A stretch of 64,000 nt of DNA from Octopus sinensis (GCF_006345805.1 NC_043004.1:12338001-12402000); one strand, 5' to 3'. Counted from the stretch's first letter, positions 26,130 through 38,334 are shown. A program made the numbers and translations. The notes: a model not told the origin generated them from the letters alone.

Positions 26130-26435
26130 TGTACCTAGAAAGTTCCCCTCCGAGGCACAAGTCCAGGCAAGTGTTTATAGATGACCAGTAGTCGCCCATG
26201 CATCCCAATCTCCCATCCCCACGCCACCGATGTTATCCAAGGGAAAGGCAAAGGGGCCGATACAGCTTGGCACCAGTGAAGGCCTCAACTTATTTCTACA
26301 GCTGAGTGAAGTGGAGCAACATGAAATAAAGTGTCTTGCTCAAAAATACAACACACAGCCCGGTCCAGGAATCGAACTCACTACCTCATGATTGTGAGCC
26401 CGACGCTTTAACCAGTGAGCCATGCGCCTTCACAT
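26130..26435 (-). mobile_element. SINE family 3 variant
   Basis: Same head and central block as family 3, with a different 3' part. Confidence 0.7.
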
Positions 26436-26510
26436 GGGACGGTCACGGTGGATATTGTTAGTTTGACCACTGAAAGAAAAAAGTTATAAAGAAAAAGTTA
26501 AGGATAACTC

Positions 26511-26921
26511 AGGCGCAGGAGTGGCTGTGCGGTAAGTAGCTTGCTTACCAACCACATGGTCCCGGGTTCAGTCCCACTGCGTGGCACCTTGAGCAAGTGT
26601 CTTCCACTATAGCCTCGGGCCGACCTAAGCCTTGTGAGTGGATTTGGTAGGCGGAAACTGAAAAGAAGCCCGTGGTATATGTATATGTATGTGTGCGTAT
26701 ATGTTTGTGTGTCTGTTTGTCACCCCCCACCCAGCATCGCTTGACAACCGATGTTGGTGTGTCTACGTCCCCGTAACTTAGCGGTTCGGCAAAAGAGACC
26801 GATAGAATAAGTACTAGGCTTACAAACAATAAGCTCTGGGGTTGATTTGCTCGACTATAAAGGCGGTGCTCCAGCATGGCCGCAATTAAATGACTGAAAC
26901 AAATAAAAGAGAGTTAAAGAG
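26511..26921 (+). mobile_element. SINE family 1, full length
   Basis: Matches the family consensus. Confidence 0.9.
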
Positions 26922-27275
26922 ATAAAAATATGTTTTCGAGTATAGCACTTCGTTCGTATAGAAAGGAGAGTCCAAAAAGAGGAAAAGTGGAAGAAATGGT
27001 GGTAGGAATGGCGAGTTAGAAATAAAATAAAAAAAAAGGATGTGCGTGGCTACATGTTCGATAAATAACTGACTGGAAGCCGGAGAGAGAAAAATGGGGT
27101 TATAGCATAGAAGTGGTCACAATGTTCCCGTCGATTTCGCACTTCGCAATATTGAACCACCTCCTGAAATGTATACAGAGAAGGAGACACCTTTTCTTTA
27201 TTGTAGGCATAAGGCCTTATATATATAGAAAGGACACGACATGGACAGACAACACAAACGTGGGGTACATATAAC

Positions 27276-27508
27276 TATTTCTTTACTACCCACAAGGGGC
27301 TAAACACAGAGGGGACAAACAAGGACAGACACACGGATTAAGTTGATTACATCGACCCCAGTGCGTAACTGGTGCTTATTTAATCGACCCCGAAAGGATG
27401 AAAGGCAAAGTCGACCTCGGCGGAATTTGAACTCAGAGCGTAACGGCAGACGAAATACGGCTACGCATTTCGCCCGGCGTGCTAACGTTTCTGCCAGCTC
27501 GCTGCCTT
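27276..27508 (-). mobile_element. SINE family 2 (tail Y), full length, 15-bp TSD
   Basis: TSD TGGGGTACATATAAC at 27261-27275 and 27514-27528. Confidence 0.92.
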
Positions 27509-28389
27509 ATATATGGGGTACATATAACGATTAACGATTGAGTTATGAGTTGTGAAGAATTATGATAATGAAATGGCTTTCAACCCACCAAAGTAGAAAG
27601 TTCCATTTTACTGTTTTTTACAATTCAGTTTGTATCATTTTTATATCAGAACATTCATTAGATCTTCAAAACTTACCACTGGTGGTAATTCATCGTATTG
27701 AAACCGTAATGATGTATTATCTATCCTCCTTCCAAATATCTCCTTCTGTCTAGCTGCCTTTTCGTCATCTAATAACACTGCTCTCTTGTTTCGATTCTCC
27801 TCCTAATCTGCCAGTCTCACTTTTATTACGCCTTTCATTTTTGCAATCCGTTTTTCTATTTCTACACTTTCCTCGTACATCACCATTATTCTTTCGTGTT
27901 TTCCTTTACGCGGCCTTCTCTCAACATTCTCTGTCTTTATTGCTGGTGTTTCTATCTCATCTTCCAGTTCCTTCCGACCCTTGTATTTGTTCTCCCGTTG
28001 CTTCATTTTTTTCTTGTTTCCTTTTTCTCTGCTTCTTTTTTCTTTATCGATGGAGACTCCCTATTTCCTCTCTTCTCTACCTCAGTGAGCTCTACTTCCT
28101 TCTCCGCTATTACATTTTTTTGCTCCCTCTCCACCACCTCCTGTTCGTGTTTCTGGGGACACCTTGCCTTTACGTGCCTCCTTACTCCACATTGGAAGCA
28201 TATTGAGGGTCTACCCTCCACCATGACTCTCAGTCTGGTCTCATCGGGCAGGACGATCTCTTCTATCATTTTGTGGAGGTCAGGCAGGCTGATAAGTACC
28301 ACCACTTCTAGGCCATACCCGCACCAGTTGACCTCCGCTGTCTTTGATATTTTCAATATCTCTACTTTCTCCTCTGTATTGTAGAGGAT

Positions 28390-28800
28390 GGATCTTTTCG
28401 GTTTGAACGGCAGTTTTTTCTAGCGATGTCATATGAAATTGTCACCCATAATTATGACCCTAGTATCGATCTATTGCATTTCAATCTGTTTTAGGGTTAG
28501 GGTTAGGGGTGGGAGAAAGGGTATATTTTTTCTTCACAAATGTAAATAAACCTAATCTGTTTCTTAAACGAGGGACCATAGGTACAGAATGTTTATTTTA
28601 CCTCAATAGACGTCAGTGATTGGTTGAAATTGCAAAAATTGAAGAAAAAAACAACAAATATCTTACAAACTATAGAATTTTCTCAATAAAGCCAAGAGAA
28701 AAAGATGTTTTATAAACACATTCTACCAGTATACGAAGTTTAAAATTTTTTAGTTACCTAGAAATTATGTTAAAAACTGCTGTTCAAACCGAAAAGATCC
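28390..28800. mobile_element. 411-bp MITE with 28-bp TIRs and 8-bp TSD (Merlin-like)
   Basis: TIR GGATCTTTTCGGTTTGAAC(G/A)GCAGTTTT. TSD TAGAGGAT at 28382-28389 and 28801-28808. Excision restores the ORF1 frame (…VAAIL-YNTEEKVEIL…). Confidence 0.92.
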
Positions 28801-29432
28801 TAGAGGATGGCTGCCACCAGCCAGTCTTCGTTTATTTCAGGTGGCACTCTCTCTATTCTCATTCTGGCTGCGCGTCTGCCACAGTAAGTAGGGAAGAGTG
28901 CCCACTGTGCTGATTTCAAGGCTACGGTGGAGTACATCTTTGCTTCGTTCTCATTAACGAAGCGTACCTCCACCGGGCCATATTTTCGTCCTCTGTTATA
29001 AAATATCTTCACATTTTCTACTTCTTTTAAGCATTCCTCTATCTCTTCAACGCCTGCTATTTCCACCTTCCTTGTCGCTATATTCTCTTTGCCTTCTCTG
29101 TCACTTCCTTGGGTGGTATCAGTCGTAGGCATCCTCCTTCCTTCTTCAACAAGGTATTAAACTTCTTATAGTCCATATCCTTCACTTCCAGTTCGCGTAT
29201 CTGCAGTAGCTCAGCTGCCGCATAACTGCCTGCATATTTTCGTTATTTACTGCTTCACCCATAAATGGGGGAGTCACACAAAATTTTCAACGAATTCAAA
29301 AAGTTACAAATGCAACATCACAATTTCAACAATTCAGCAATTCAACCAAACACAGCAACAACTCACATGTGAGCGAAATCAAAACACAACAAATCGCCCC
29401 AAATTCTCTACTCGACGCTACAGAGGAGACAC

Positions 29433-30093
29433 TTATTTCTTTATTTGGCACTACGGCCACAACACAGAGGGGTACACTACATATTTCTTTACTACCCACA
29501 AGGGGCTAAACACAGAGGGGACAAACAAGGACAGACAAACGGATTAAGTCGATTACATTGACCCCAGTGCGTAACTGGTACTTAATTTATCGACCCCGAA
29601 AGGATGAAAGGCAAAGTCGACCTCGGCGGAATTTGAACTCAGAACGTAACGGCAGACGAAATACGGCTACGCATTTCGCCCGGCGTGCTAACGTTTCTGC
29701 CAGCTCGCCGGGTACACTACAAGGACAGACACAACACCACAATGAGAACATAAAACGAATAAGAATGAGATGTTATATAAAAATGAAAGGAAATGGCCAC
29801 ATGGGCCCCACCCCCATGCATTACCATTTGAACGTTTATACACACTATTTACAATCGTTCTATTTTTCTACTGTTTTTTCTTAATCATCTTCTTTTTCTC
29901 TTTTTTGTTACATGAAACTCTTTTACTTTTTCTTTTTTTTCTTTCAACAGAGCAATTTTACTTACTCTTTTTTTTTTCCATTTTAATACTTCATGAAAGG
30001 CTCCAAGTCTGAGTTCAACTACGGGTGGCAGTTCGTCAAACTCCACCAACACTCCGGGCAGGTCAATCTTGTCTCCGCTTCTTTTTCTTCTAA
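29433..30093 (-). mobile_element. 5'-truncated second ORF1-only Tx1-related element (ORF1 end + 3' UTR)
   Basis: Encodes FDELPPVV, matching YDELPPVV of the neighbouring element. Tail TGTCTGTCCTTG...CCCCTCTGTGTT...AATAAAGAAATAA. Confidence 0.65.
29481..29709 (-). mobile_element. SINE family 2 (tail Y), 11-bp TSD
   Basis: TSD GGGTACACTAC at 29470-29480 and 29710-29720. Confidence 0.92.
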
Positions 30094-30094
30094 A

Positions 30095-30395
30095 CAGCAT
30101 TCACCCGGGGTGGGTTGAGCTGGCTTCATTCATCCTCAATGCTGCATCTCTCACAAACGCCGACCAGGCCTGGCGATTTGAGGCTAACGACCGCATGATC
30201 TCCAACCACTCCTTATTCCAGCGGCGAATGCCGCAGATATGGGGTCTTAGGTTGGGTTCCAGATCAGCCTTGACTGTCATCAGCCAGGTTTTTCGTTGTC
30301 CACCACATCGCTTTCGCCAACCCTGGAGGGGAGCTGGGAAATTGCTTCGTAGATTAATTCTCCTGGTTGACGACGGAGGACAAATATCCGCAACC
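30095..30395 (-). mobile_element. RTE-clade LINE 3' fragment
   Basis: WRKRCGGQRKTW...DLEP...RRW...NRQAWSAFVRDA...STHPG*, a typical RTE ORF C-terminus. Confidence 0.8.
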
Positions 30396-30448
30396 AAGAA
30401 TATAAAAAAAAACACATATACATATGTGTTTCTACATACATACATACA

Positions 30449-30940
30449 ACGAATACTGGTGGAATATTCCCATCAAGCTTCTGTCAAATGTAAACATAAC
30501 ATGCCGGATATTATTGTTTGAGACAGAGGGGTAAAGGTATGCACCATCATAGAGGTCAGTTGCCCTGCAGACATAAATATCTCTTTGAAAATCTAAGAAA
30601 AAGAGGATATCTATGGACAACTGCTTCGAAACCTCCAGTTTCCATATCCAGACTATGAATTCATATTCATACCGATAACTGGAGCAGCAGTTCGTGTTAG
30701 TAAATGCTTAAAGGAGAATCTGGATAAACTGAGATTTTCAGAAAGAGAAATCGACCGGCTGATTCTTACATTACAAGTGCAATGTGTGAGTGGAACAGTA
30801 AAAATATGCAAGACTTTTCTCAAGTTCCAAATGTGAATTTGTCTGTGTTAACTACATCCCAAAGATGGAGCCTTGTATCTTTGTTGGAAACCGGTTCCCT
30901 CCTCAGTGGAATATTTATAATAAATAAAAAATAGCAGAAA
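30449..30940 (+). mobile_element. R2-superfamily (R4/Dong-like) RLE LINE 3' fragment in a (TACA)n repeat
   Basis: YWWNIPI..KCKHNMPDIIV*D..KVCTIIEVSCP..EKEDIYGQL (PD-(D/E)xK endonuclease); (CATA)n on both sides. Confidence 0.75.
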
Positions 30941-31600
30941 CATACATACATACATACATACATCCATACATACATACATACATACATACATACATACATA
31001 CATACATACATACATACATACATACATACATAAATGGTTGACCAAATGGACGGACGCTGATGAAGCTGCACCTACAATATTGCAGGGTTGCGTTTGCAAC
31101 AATAAGTAACCGCTGCAGAGGAAACACGTGTAGATCACTATGATATGTTGTATATTACTATAAAATAAATTTTATGGACGTACAAGTCTCCATACTCTTT
31201 ATTCTATTAATATTAATATTAATATATTCACTAGACAATTTTTACCGTCCAACGAAGCGAACACGGAAGAATTCACGGAGCGATTAAACTAAACGTAGAC
31301 ACTGGCGTTAAATACTGATCGTTATGATTAGCCGTTAACGGGAACCTAACTGAGAGCCAATACGATATACACCTGGATAATAAAACCCTTCAAACGTACT
31401 TTATAGGTGTGTGTGTGTGGGTGTGTGTGTGTGTGTGTGTGCGTGCGTGTGTGAATATATATATCTTCTCTCGACGATGCAATCGACTCTTACTTAATAG
31501 AGATCCTGCGCACTTAATGCCAAAAAATATTGGTGAATATTCCAAGACTCCGGACAGAAGCAGGATGGCTATGTAGGATTTGCTGCGAGTGCCTAGTGAA

Positions 31601-31874
31601 TGGTCAATGCAATATAGAAACGGTGGTCTATGATATGTACATACGCATACACATACATGTGTATAGAAACATGTGGCTGTGTGGTAAGAAATTTGCTTCC
31701 CAATAGCATGGTTCCAAGTTCAGTCCCACTGCGTGGCACCTTGGCCGAGTGTTTTCTATGGCCTTAGGCTGACCAAAGCCTTGCGAGTGGATTTGGTAGA
31801 CGGAAACTAAAAGAAGCTCGTCGTATATATAGACATATATATGTGTATGTGTGCGTGAGTGTGTGTGTGTGTGT

Positions 31875-31911
<37 letters not shown>

Positions 31912-32460
31912 CTTTGTGTCTGTGTTTTTCTCCCCATCTTCGCTTGGTCAATGCAATATAGAAACGGTGGTCTATAATATGTACACACACATACACATAC
32001 ATGTGTATAGAAACATGTGGCTGTGTGGTAAGAAATTTGCTTCTCAATCACATGGTTCCGAGTTCAGTCCCACTGCGTGGCACCTTGGCCGAGAGTTTTC
32101 TATGGCCTTAGGCTGACCAAAGCCTTGCGAGTGGATTTGGTAGACGTAAACTAAAAGAAGCTCGTCGTATATATAGACATATATATATATGTATGTGTGC
32201 GTGTGTGTGTATGTGTGTTTGTGTGTGTGTGTGTGTGTGTGCCTTTGTGTCTGTGTTTTTCTCCCCACCTTCGCTTGACAACTGATGTTGGTGTGTTTAG
32301 GTCCCTGAAACGTAGCGGTTCGGTAAAAAAAAAAGACCGATAGAATAAGTACCAGGTTTACGAAGAAAAAATCCTGGGGTCGATTTGTTTGGCTAAAACC
32401 ATTTAAGGTGGTAATCCATCATGGCCGCAGTCAAATGACTGAAACGCGTAAGAGAAAAGA
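31601..32460 (+). repeat. ~344-bp tandem duplication containing SINE family 1 copies
   Basis: TGGTCAATGCAATATAGAAACGGTGGTCTA at 31601 and 31945, each followed by the same SINE subtype. Confidence 0.85.
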
Positions 32461-32493
32461 ATACACACACACACACACATACACACACACACA

Positions 32494-32531
<38 letters not shown>

Positions 32532-32562
32532 AGATATATATATATATATAGAAATATTTATT

Positions 32563-32953
32563 CTCTTTTACTTGTTTCAGTCATTTGACTGTGGCCATGC
32601 TGGAGCACCGCCTTTAGTCGAGCAAATCGACCCAGGACTTATTCTTTGTAAGCCTAGTACTTATTCAATCGGTTTCTTTTGCCGAACCGCTAAGTTACGG
32701 GGACGTAAACATACCAGCATCGGTTGTCAAGTGATGCTGGGGGTACAAATACAGACACACAAACACACACACATATATATACATATACATGTATACGACA
32801 GGCTTCTTTCAGTTTCCGTCTACCAAATCCCCTCACAGGGCTTTGGTTGGCCCGAGGCTATAGTAGAAAACACTTGCCTAAGGTGCCACACAGTGGGACT
32901 GAACCCGGAACCATGTGGTTGGTAAGCAAGCTACTTACCACACAGCCACTCCT
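32563..32953 (-). mobile_element. SINE family 1, full length
   Basis: Reverse complement of the family consensus. Confidence 0.9.
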
Positions 32954-33534
32954 ACACCTACAAAATAAATATAAGATAACAAATTTGTCAACTTTTATTA
33001 TAGTCATTATATATATTGTTTCCGGTATAAATTAATATTACTAAGAAATATTATCGGTCCCTGGCACATTGGAAAACAAAAAATGCCGGTACGCCACATC
33101 AGATAGTTTGAGAAGCACTCCTCTATGCGAAACTGTAGGAAACTGATGCAACCGACCGGCGCGAAAAACATCGCGCTTACACAGAAAAGGTGCTATTACC
33201 TATCACCTAAAGGTCTGATATTTTTTGAAAGCACCTCGTATATCAATAGTAGAAAAATATGTCTAGCAACGGTGGTGGTGGTGGAATTGCTGAATACGTA
33301 TTTCTGCTTCTTTGAGCATCATCAGTAATAAGTATCCACTAGCAACTGTATGTTTAGACAAAATTTAGCCTCTACTTGTCTAAAAACACTGATTAACTAA
33401 TCATTAGCATCATAACTAGACAGGAGGCTGGATAAAATTTAGTTATCCTGCATATGATATTCAGAATGCAAGCTGGAACTAACACTGCTTCCGACACTAA
33501 CACCAATAACGAATACACACACACACACACACAC

Positions 33535-33575
<41 letters not shown>

Positions 33576-33631
33576 ACATATACACTCACATACACACACA
33601 CACACACACACACATACACACATATACACTC

Positions 33632-33686
<55 letters not shown>

Positions 33687-33754
33687 TATAAAGTTTAACA
33701 ACATTTCAAAGCGTTCGATTGTTAGATTCGGATATTATAGAATTGACGTGAATT

Positions 33755-34330
33755 TAAGCAATGTTCTTAGATGTAGCTTTACATCCAGGTATTGGCAAAC
33801 GCTGCCCTTGTAATAAACCTAACAAGAAAATATAATATATGAACATAAACTGCAATATCCTACAAATTTTATTAAATAGCATTTGTAAGTGCATATCCTT
33901 TGACGAGGAATCATTTAATCGCGCAGCTCATTACTAAGATGATACATTAAAAGACAGTGGCTTCAAAGACAGGAGGCATTACAAACAGAATGCCACTATT
34001 CATAAAAGTGGAAATAGAAAATGAAAAATAATATGGTATAATATTCCATACCATTTAATTCTTCAATTTCATATGACCAGGACCTTCAAGAAACTTTTAT
34101 AAGCATTTACGCGTCGATATCATAATACCTACAATAGAAATAATATTAATGTAAGTTACAGCTGTACAATAATTTTCCCTGCTTCTATAGAATGTATAAA
34201 TGGGAGAAATATCCCCAAGATGATCATGCAAAACTATTTCTCTATTTGTAATTGTAACATCCTTAACATCTGCCCTTTGAACGGTTTGAATTCTTTTCAA
34301 AGCATTAATTTATTGAGCTACAATTACAAA
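33755..34330 (+). pseudogene. Decayed Penelope-like element (RT thumb to GIY-YIG linker)
   Basis: Fragmented motifs FLDVAL..G..P..KPN, DTLKDSGF, KIIWYNIPY, YNRNNINVSYSC and CNC....CPLNG. Confidence 0.65.
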
Positions 34331-35199
34331 GATTTAAAACAAAAATAATTACCACAACATATGTTATGCTATGCTATGAACTTTCAACTGGCGAAGGAGT
34401 CGCAAGGCCGCCGTCGTAACTCACGGTAGAAGATACGAAGCATTAATATAAACTTGAACGTTGTAGTTATATAATCCAGTTTAGCACTGGTTAAACAAAA
34501 ATTTGATAAATGACAATCAGATATTGGCCACCTCGACATTTTACATACAAAATACTATAATTAACCAGTGTGTCCATCCTTAATTAAAACAGTGGAATTA
34601 AGATAGTTGGCTGTTATTTATAGCGTACTAATATAAATCCGTTTTGGATTTACACTCTATCTTATATTTTATGACCAGAATTAAGGATTACAATAAGGAT
34701 TAATTTTTAAAACTATTTTGTCCACTTCTCTACGATTGTGATATTAATTAAACTCACTAGGCTCATAATCTTATGTTTGTGTTAAGTTGGCTATTTGTTT
34801 TCCATACAGAAGGTGACTCTGCGTACTTCCTCTCCCATCCCTACAAATCTTTATTTTACAATATAAAGTCTGCTCCGAAACTTATTTATTGTTAATAGTT
34901 CCAGCCAGAATATTAATCAGATTATAGTTACAGCCTGTATCTTATTCCAAGAAAAACTAGATGTATTAGGATATACATATAACTGAGATATAGAATTTAG
35001 GGCAATAAATCACTTTTTAAAAGTGAAATTATTATTTCATGGTAATTATTTTATCGACCCCGAAACGATAAAAAATTAAGCCGACCACGACGGAATTTGA
35101 TTTCACAACGTAAAAAGCTGGAATATTGTCCGATACGCTAATGATTCTGTCAGTTCACTGCCTTATCGTGCTATTGAGGCCAATAGGCCAAATATTGTG

Positions 35200-35500
35200 G
35201 TAAAAAAAATCTCGTTGACAAAACATATCTGCTCAGAGACATGTCAATCCCAGCTGACTGCAACACTTTTGTAAAAACATTTGAAAAGTTAAATAAATAT
35301 AAGGACTTTAAAATGATGATCTCTTTAATGTGGCATATAAGATCAACAACTGAACCTGTGATCACTGGAGCTTTGGAAACGACACCAAATACCAAATAGC
35401 ATGAAACAGCACGGTATCAAGAACTACAAAAGTTCGTTCTCACGGAGACCGCTTACATCCTAACAAAGACAGCGTCAACTTGCAAATATTTAACTCGCTT
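35200..35500 (+). pseudogene. Old RLE (R4/Dong-like) LINE endonuclease fragment
   Basis: DMSIPAD...EKLNKYKDF...MW...PVITGAL. Confidence 0.6.
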
Positions 35501-35636
35501 AAAACTATTTCAAAACTAAAATATTACAAGTCAGTAGAATTTCAGTTGTGAGATTCTTGTCTTATTCCAGCACAATATGTATCATTGTTAATCATTGGAA
35601 AAGCACGTATGAAAAAATAAGACAGCAATAACGCAC

Positions 35637-35676
<40 letters not shown>

Positions 35677-35807
35677 TACACACACACACACAAATGCACA
35701 CACACACACACACACAAATACACACACACAAATACACACACACACACAAATACACACACACAGACACCCCTCCCCCACACACACATACACATACACACAC
35801 ACACACA

Positions 35808-36042
35808 TGAGTGGCTGTGTGGTAGGAAGCTTGTTTCCTAACCACATGGTTCCAGGTTCAGTCCCATTGCATGGCCTCTTAGGCAAGTGTCTTCTACTAC
35901 AGCCTCGGGCCGACCAAAGTCTTGTGAGTGGATTTGGTAGACGGAAACTGAAAGAAGCTTCTCATATATGTATATATATTTGTATATATACATACATATT
36001 TATATGTATATGTGTGTGTGTGTGTGAGTGTATGTATGTTTG

Positions 36043-36081
<39 letters not shown>

Positions 36082-36298
36082 CCATGTATTTGCGTGTCTC
36101 CGTTTGTTCCCCCCCCCATCGGTTGACAACCGATGGTGGTGTGTTTACGTCCCTGTAACTTAGCGATTCAGCAAAAGGCACCAGTAGCAGAAGTTCTAGG
36201 CTTGCAGGGAATAAGTCTTGGGATCGATTTGTTCGACTAAATGGGTGCTCCAGTATGGCCGCAGTCAAATGACTGAAACAAGTAAACGAGTAAAAGAG

Positions 36299-36300
<2 letters not shown>
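35808..36300 (+). mobile_element. SINE family 1
   Basis: Matches the family consensus. Confidence 0.85.
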
Positions 36301-36335
<35 letters not shown>

Positions 36336-36370
36336 TAATAATAATAATAATGATAATAATAATAATAATA

Positions 36371-37080
36371 ATAGTGCAGTTTTCTTACGCCTACAGAGTA
36401 TCTCATGAGGCGTGATAGAGCAGCACAATATATTCACTGGGTAATTTGCAAAAACCTGGATTTACCCCATGATAAAAACTGGTGGGAACACAAACCATCC
36501 CCAGTGCTTGAAAATGATCACATCTCCTCTGGAACTGCACCATTCAAACTGACGGAAAAACAGATGCAAATAGTCCAGACATCATATTGAAAGACTTCAG
36601 GCAAAAATCATGCCTCCTCATCGATATGACTGTCCCAATCGTTATAAACGTATCTGTCAAGACCTACCAAAAACTGAGCAAGTATAAAGATCTTGAAATA
36701 GAAATTAGCGAAATGTGGAGCCTGAAGACTAAAACAATACCTGTTGTCGTAGGTGCCCTAGGAATGATCGCAAAAGGGGCTGATTGCTAACTAGCTCAGA
36801 TACCAGGAAACCCCAAAATGGCAGAAATTCAAAAGATAAATTTTCTTGGGAACTGCCCATATTCTACGTAAAATACTCTCTATGTAATCTCAAATTTTAC
36901 AACAAACTCATAATTTTGTTATGTTTTTTTAAAACATTCAGTAGAACAATACTATGTGCAAAACCAAATATATGACACTCTAGGCATGGCACCAACATGA
37001 AATTCTAAACTTGTTTCTTGAGGTTTCTGGGTGAGATTTGGCACCAACTTGTACAAATACAAAGCAAACGTCAAACATAT
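36371..37080 (+). mobile_element. R4/Dong-like RLE LINE 3' fragment, subfamily B, in (TAA)n
   Basis: RDRAAQYIHW...NWWEHKP; PDI..DF..KSCLLIDMTVP...KLSKYKDLEIEI..MW...PVVVGALG; (TAA)n on both flanks. Confidence 0.88.
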
Positions 37081-37124
37081 AATAATAATAATATTAATAA
37101 TAATAATAATAATAAAACCGGAAA

Positions 37125-37858
37125 CGGAGGCTCTAATCTGTGCTGCCTAAGGGCAAGCACCAAGAACAAACTACATAAAATACAGAATAGACAACACAGC
37201 AGAAAGTGATAAGTACAGAATCTGTGGTCAAAACGGTGAAACCGTATGGCATATTACCAGCCAATGTACGCCACTAGCCCAGAAGGAATATAAGAGACAC
37301 CACGACAATATAGCCAGGCTTGTCTATTGGACACTCTGCAACAAGTATGGCCTTGACAGCGCAAAAAATTGGTACGACCACAAACCTGAAGACATAGTCG
37401 AAAAATAGAAATGCAAAGATGCTATGGGATTTTATGATTCAGTGCGACCATGAGATAGAGAATATGAAGCCAGACATAATCTTAATTGAGAAAGAAAATA
37501 AACTATGCTTGATCATAGATATAGCATGCCCAGCTGACAACAAGGTATGCGATAAGGAAGAAAGAAAAGTCGAGAGATATGACAGGCTAGCTTGGGAAGT
37601 TAAGAAGTTGCGATCGATGAAAAAGGCAACAGTAGTACCAATAATTGTCGGAACCCTGGGAACAGTGGGCAAAAATCTCGAGAAGTACGTTGAACAAATA
37701 GGGGCTGCAATAAGGGTGGAGCACTTGCAGAAAACAGCACAGCTTGGAACCGCTCGAATACTTTGGAAGGTGCTCGAAAAATGAAAGCCGATACCTTAGT
37801 TCACTGGTAGTGAACAGCTGACGCTGTAGTACATTTCCAGCATTAGAAGCTATGCAAA

Positions 37859-37862
<4 letters not shown>
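37125..37862 (+). mobile_element. R4/Dong-like RLE LINE 3' fragment, subfamily A, in (TAA)n
   Basis: CCHC-type region (RICGQNGETVWHITSQC), KPDIILIEK..CLIIDIACP..KVERYDRLAWEV; tail hairpin GTTCACTGGTAGTGAAC. Confidence 0.9.
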
Positions 37863-37914
<52 letters not shown>

Positions 37915-37952
37915 TAATAGTAATAATAATAATAATAATAATAAAAGTAATA

Positions 37953-38165
37953 ACCCTTTCTCCTATAGGCACAAGGTCTGAAATCTTGGGGAAGGGAACC
38001 AGTCGATTAGATCGACCCCGGTAGGCAACTGGTACTTAATTTATCGACCCTGAAAGGATGAAAAGCTAAGTTGACCTCGGTGGAATTTGAACTCAGAACG
38101 TAGCGACAGCCGAAATATTGCTAAGCATTTCGTCCAGCCTGCTAACGACTCTGCCAGCTTACCAC
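37953..38165 (-). mobile_element. SINE family 2 with tail X
   Basis: Head and body as family 2; tail CCCCTTCCCC...TTTCAGACCTTGTGCCTATAGGAGAAAGG. Confidence 0.8.
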
Positions 38166-38201
38166 CTTTCACCAACAATAACAACGACGATGATGACGAA
38201 G

Positions 38202-38269
<68 letters not shown>

Positions 38270-38273
38270 GATG

Positions 38274-38334
<61 letters not shown>

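Larger units (their letters stand above)
27191..29418 (-). mobile_element. ORF1-only (HAL1-like) Tx1/L1-related non-autonomous retroelement, interrupted by a MITE and a SINE
   Basis: 5' UTR, then ORF1 with a CCHC knuckle (CFQCGVRRHVKARC) homologous to the 60-kb ORF1, then 3' tail AATAAAGAAAA. No ORF2 present. Flanked by the duplication TACAGAG(AAG)GAGACAC at 27174-27190 and 29419-29432. Confidence 0.75.
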
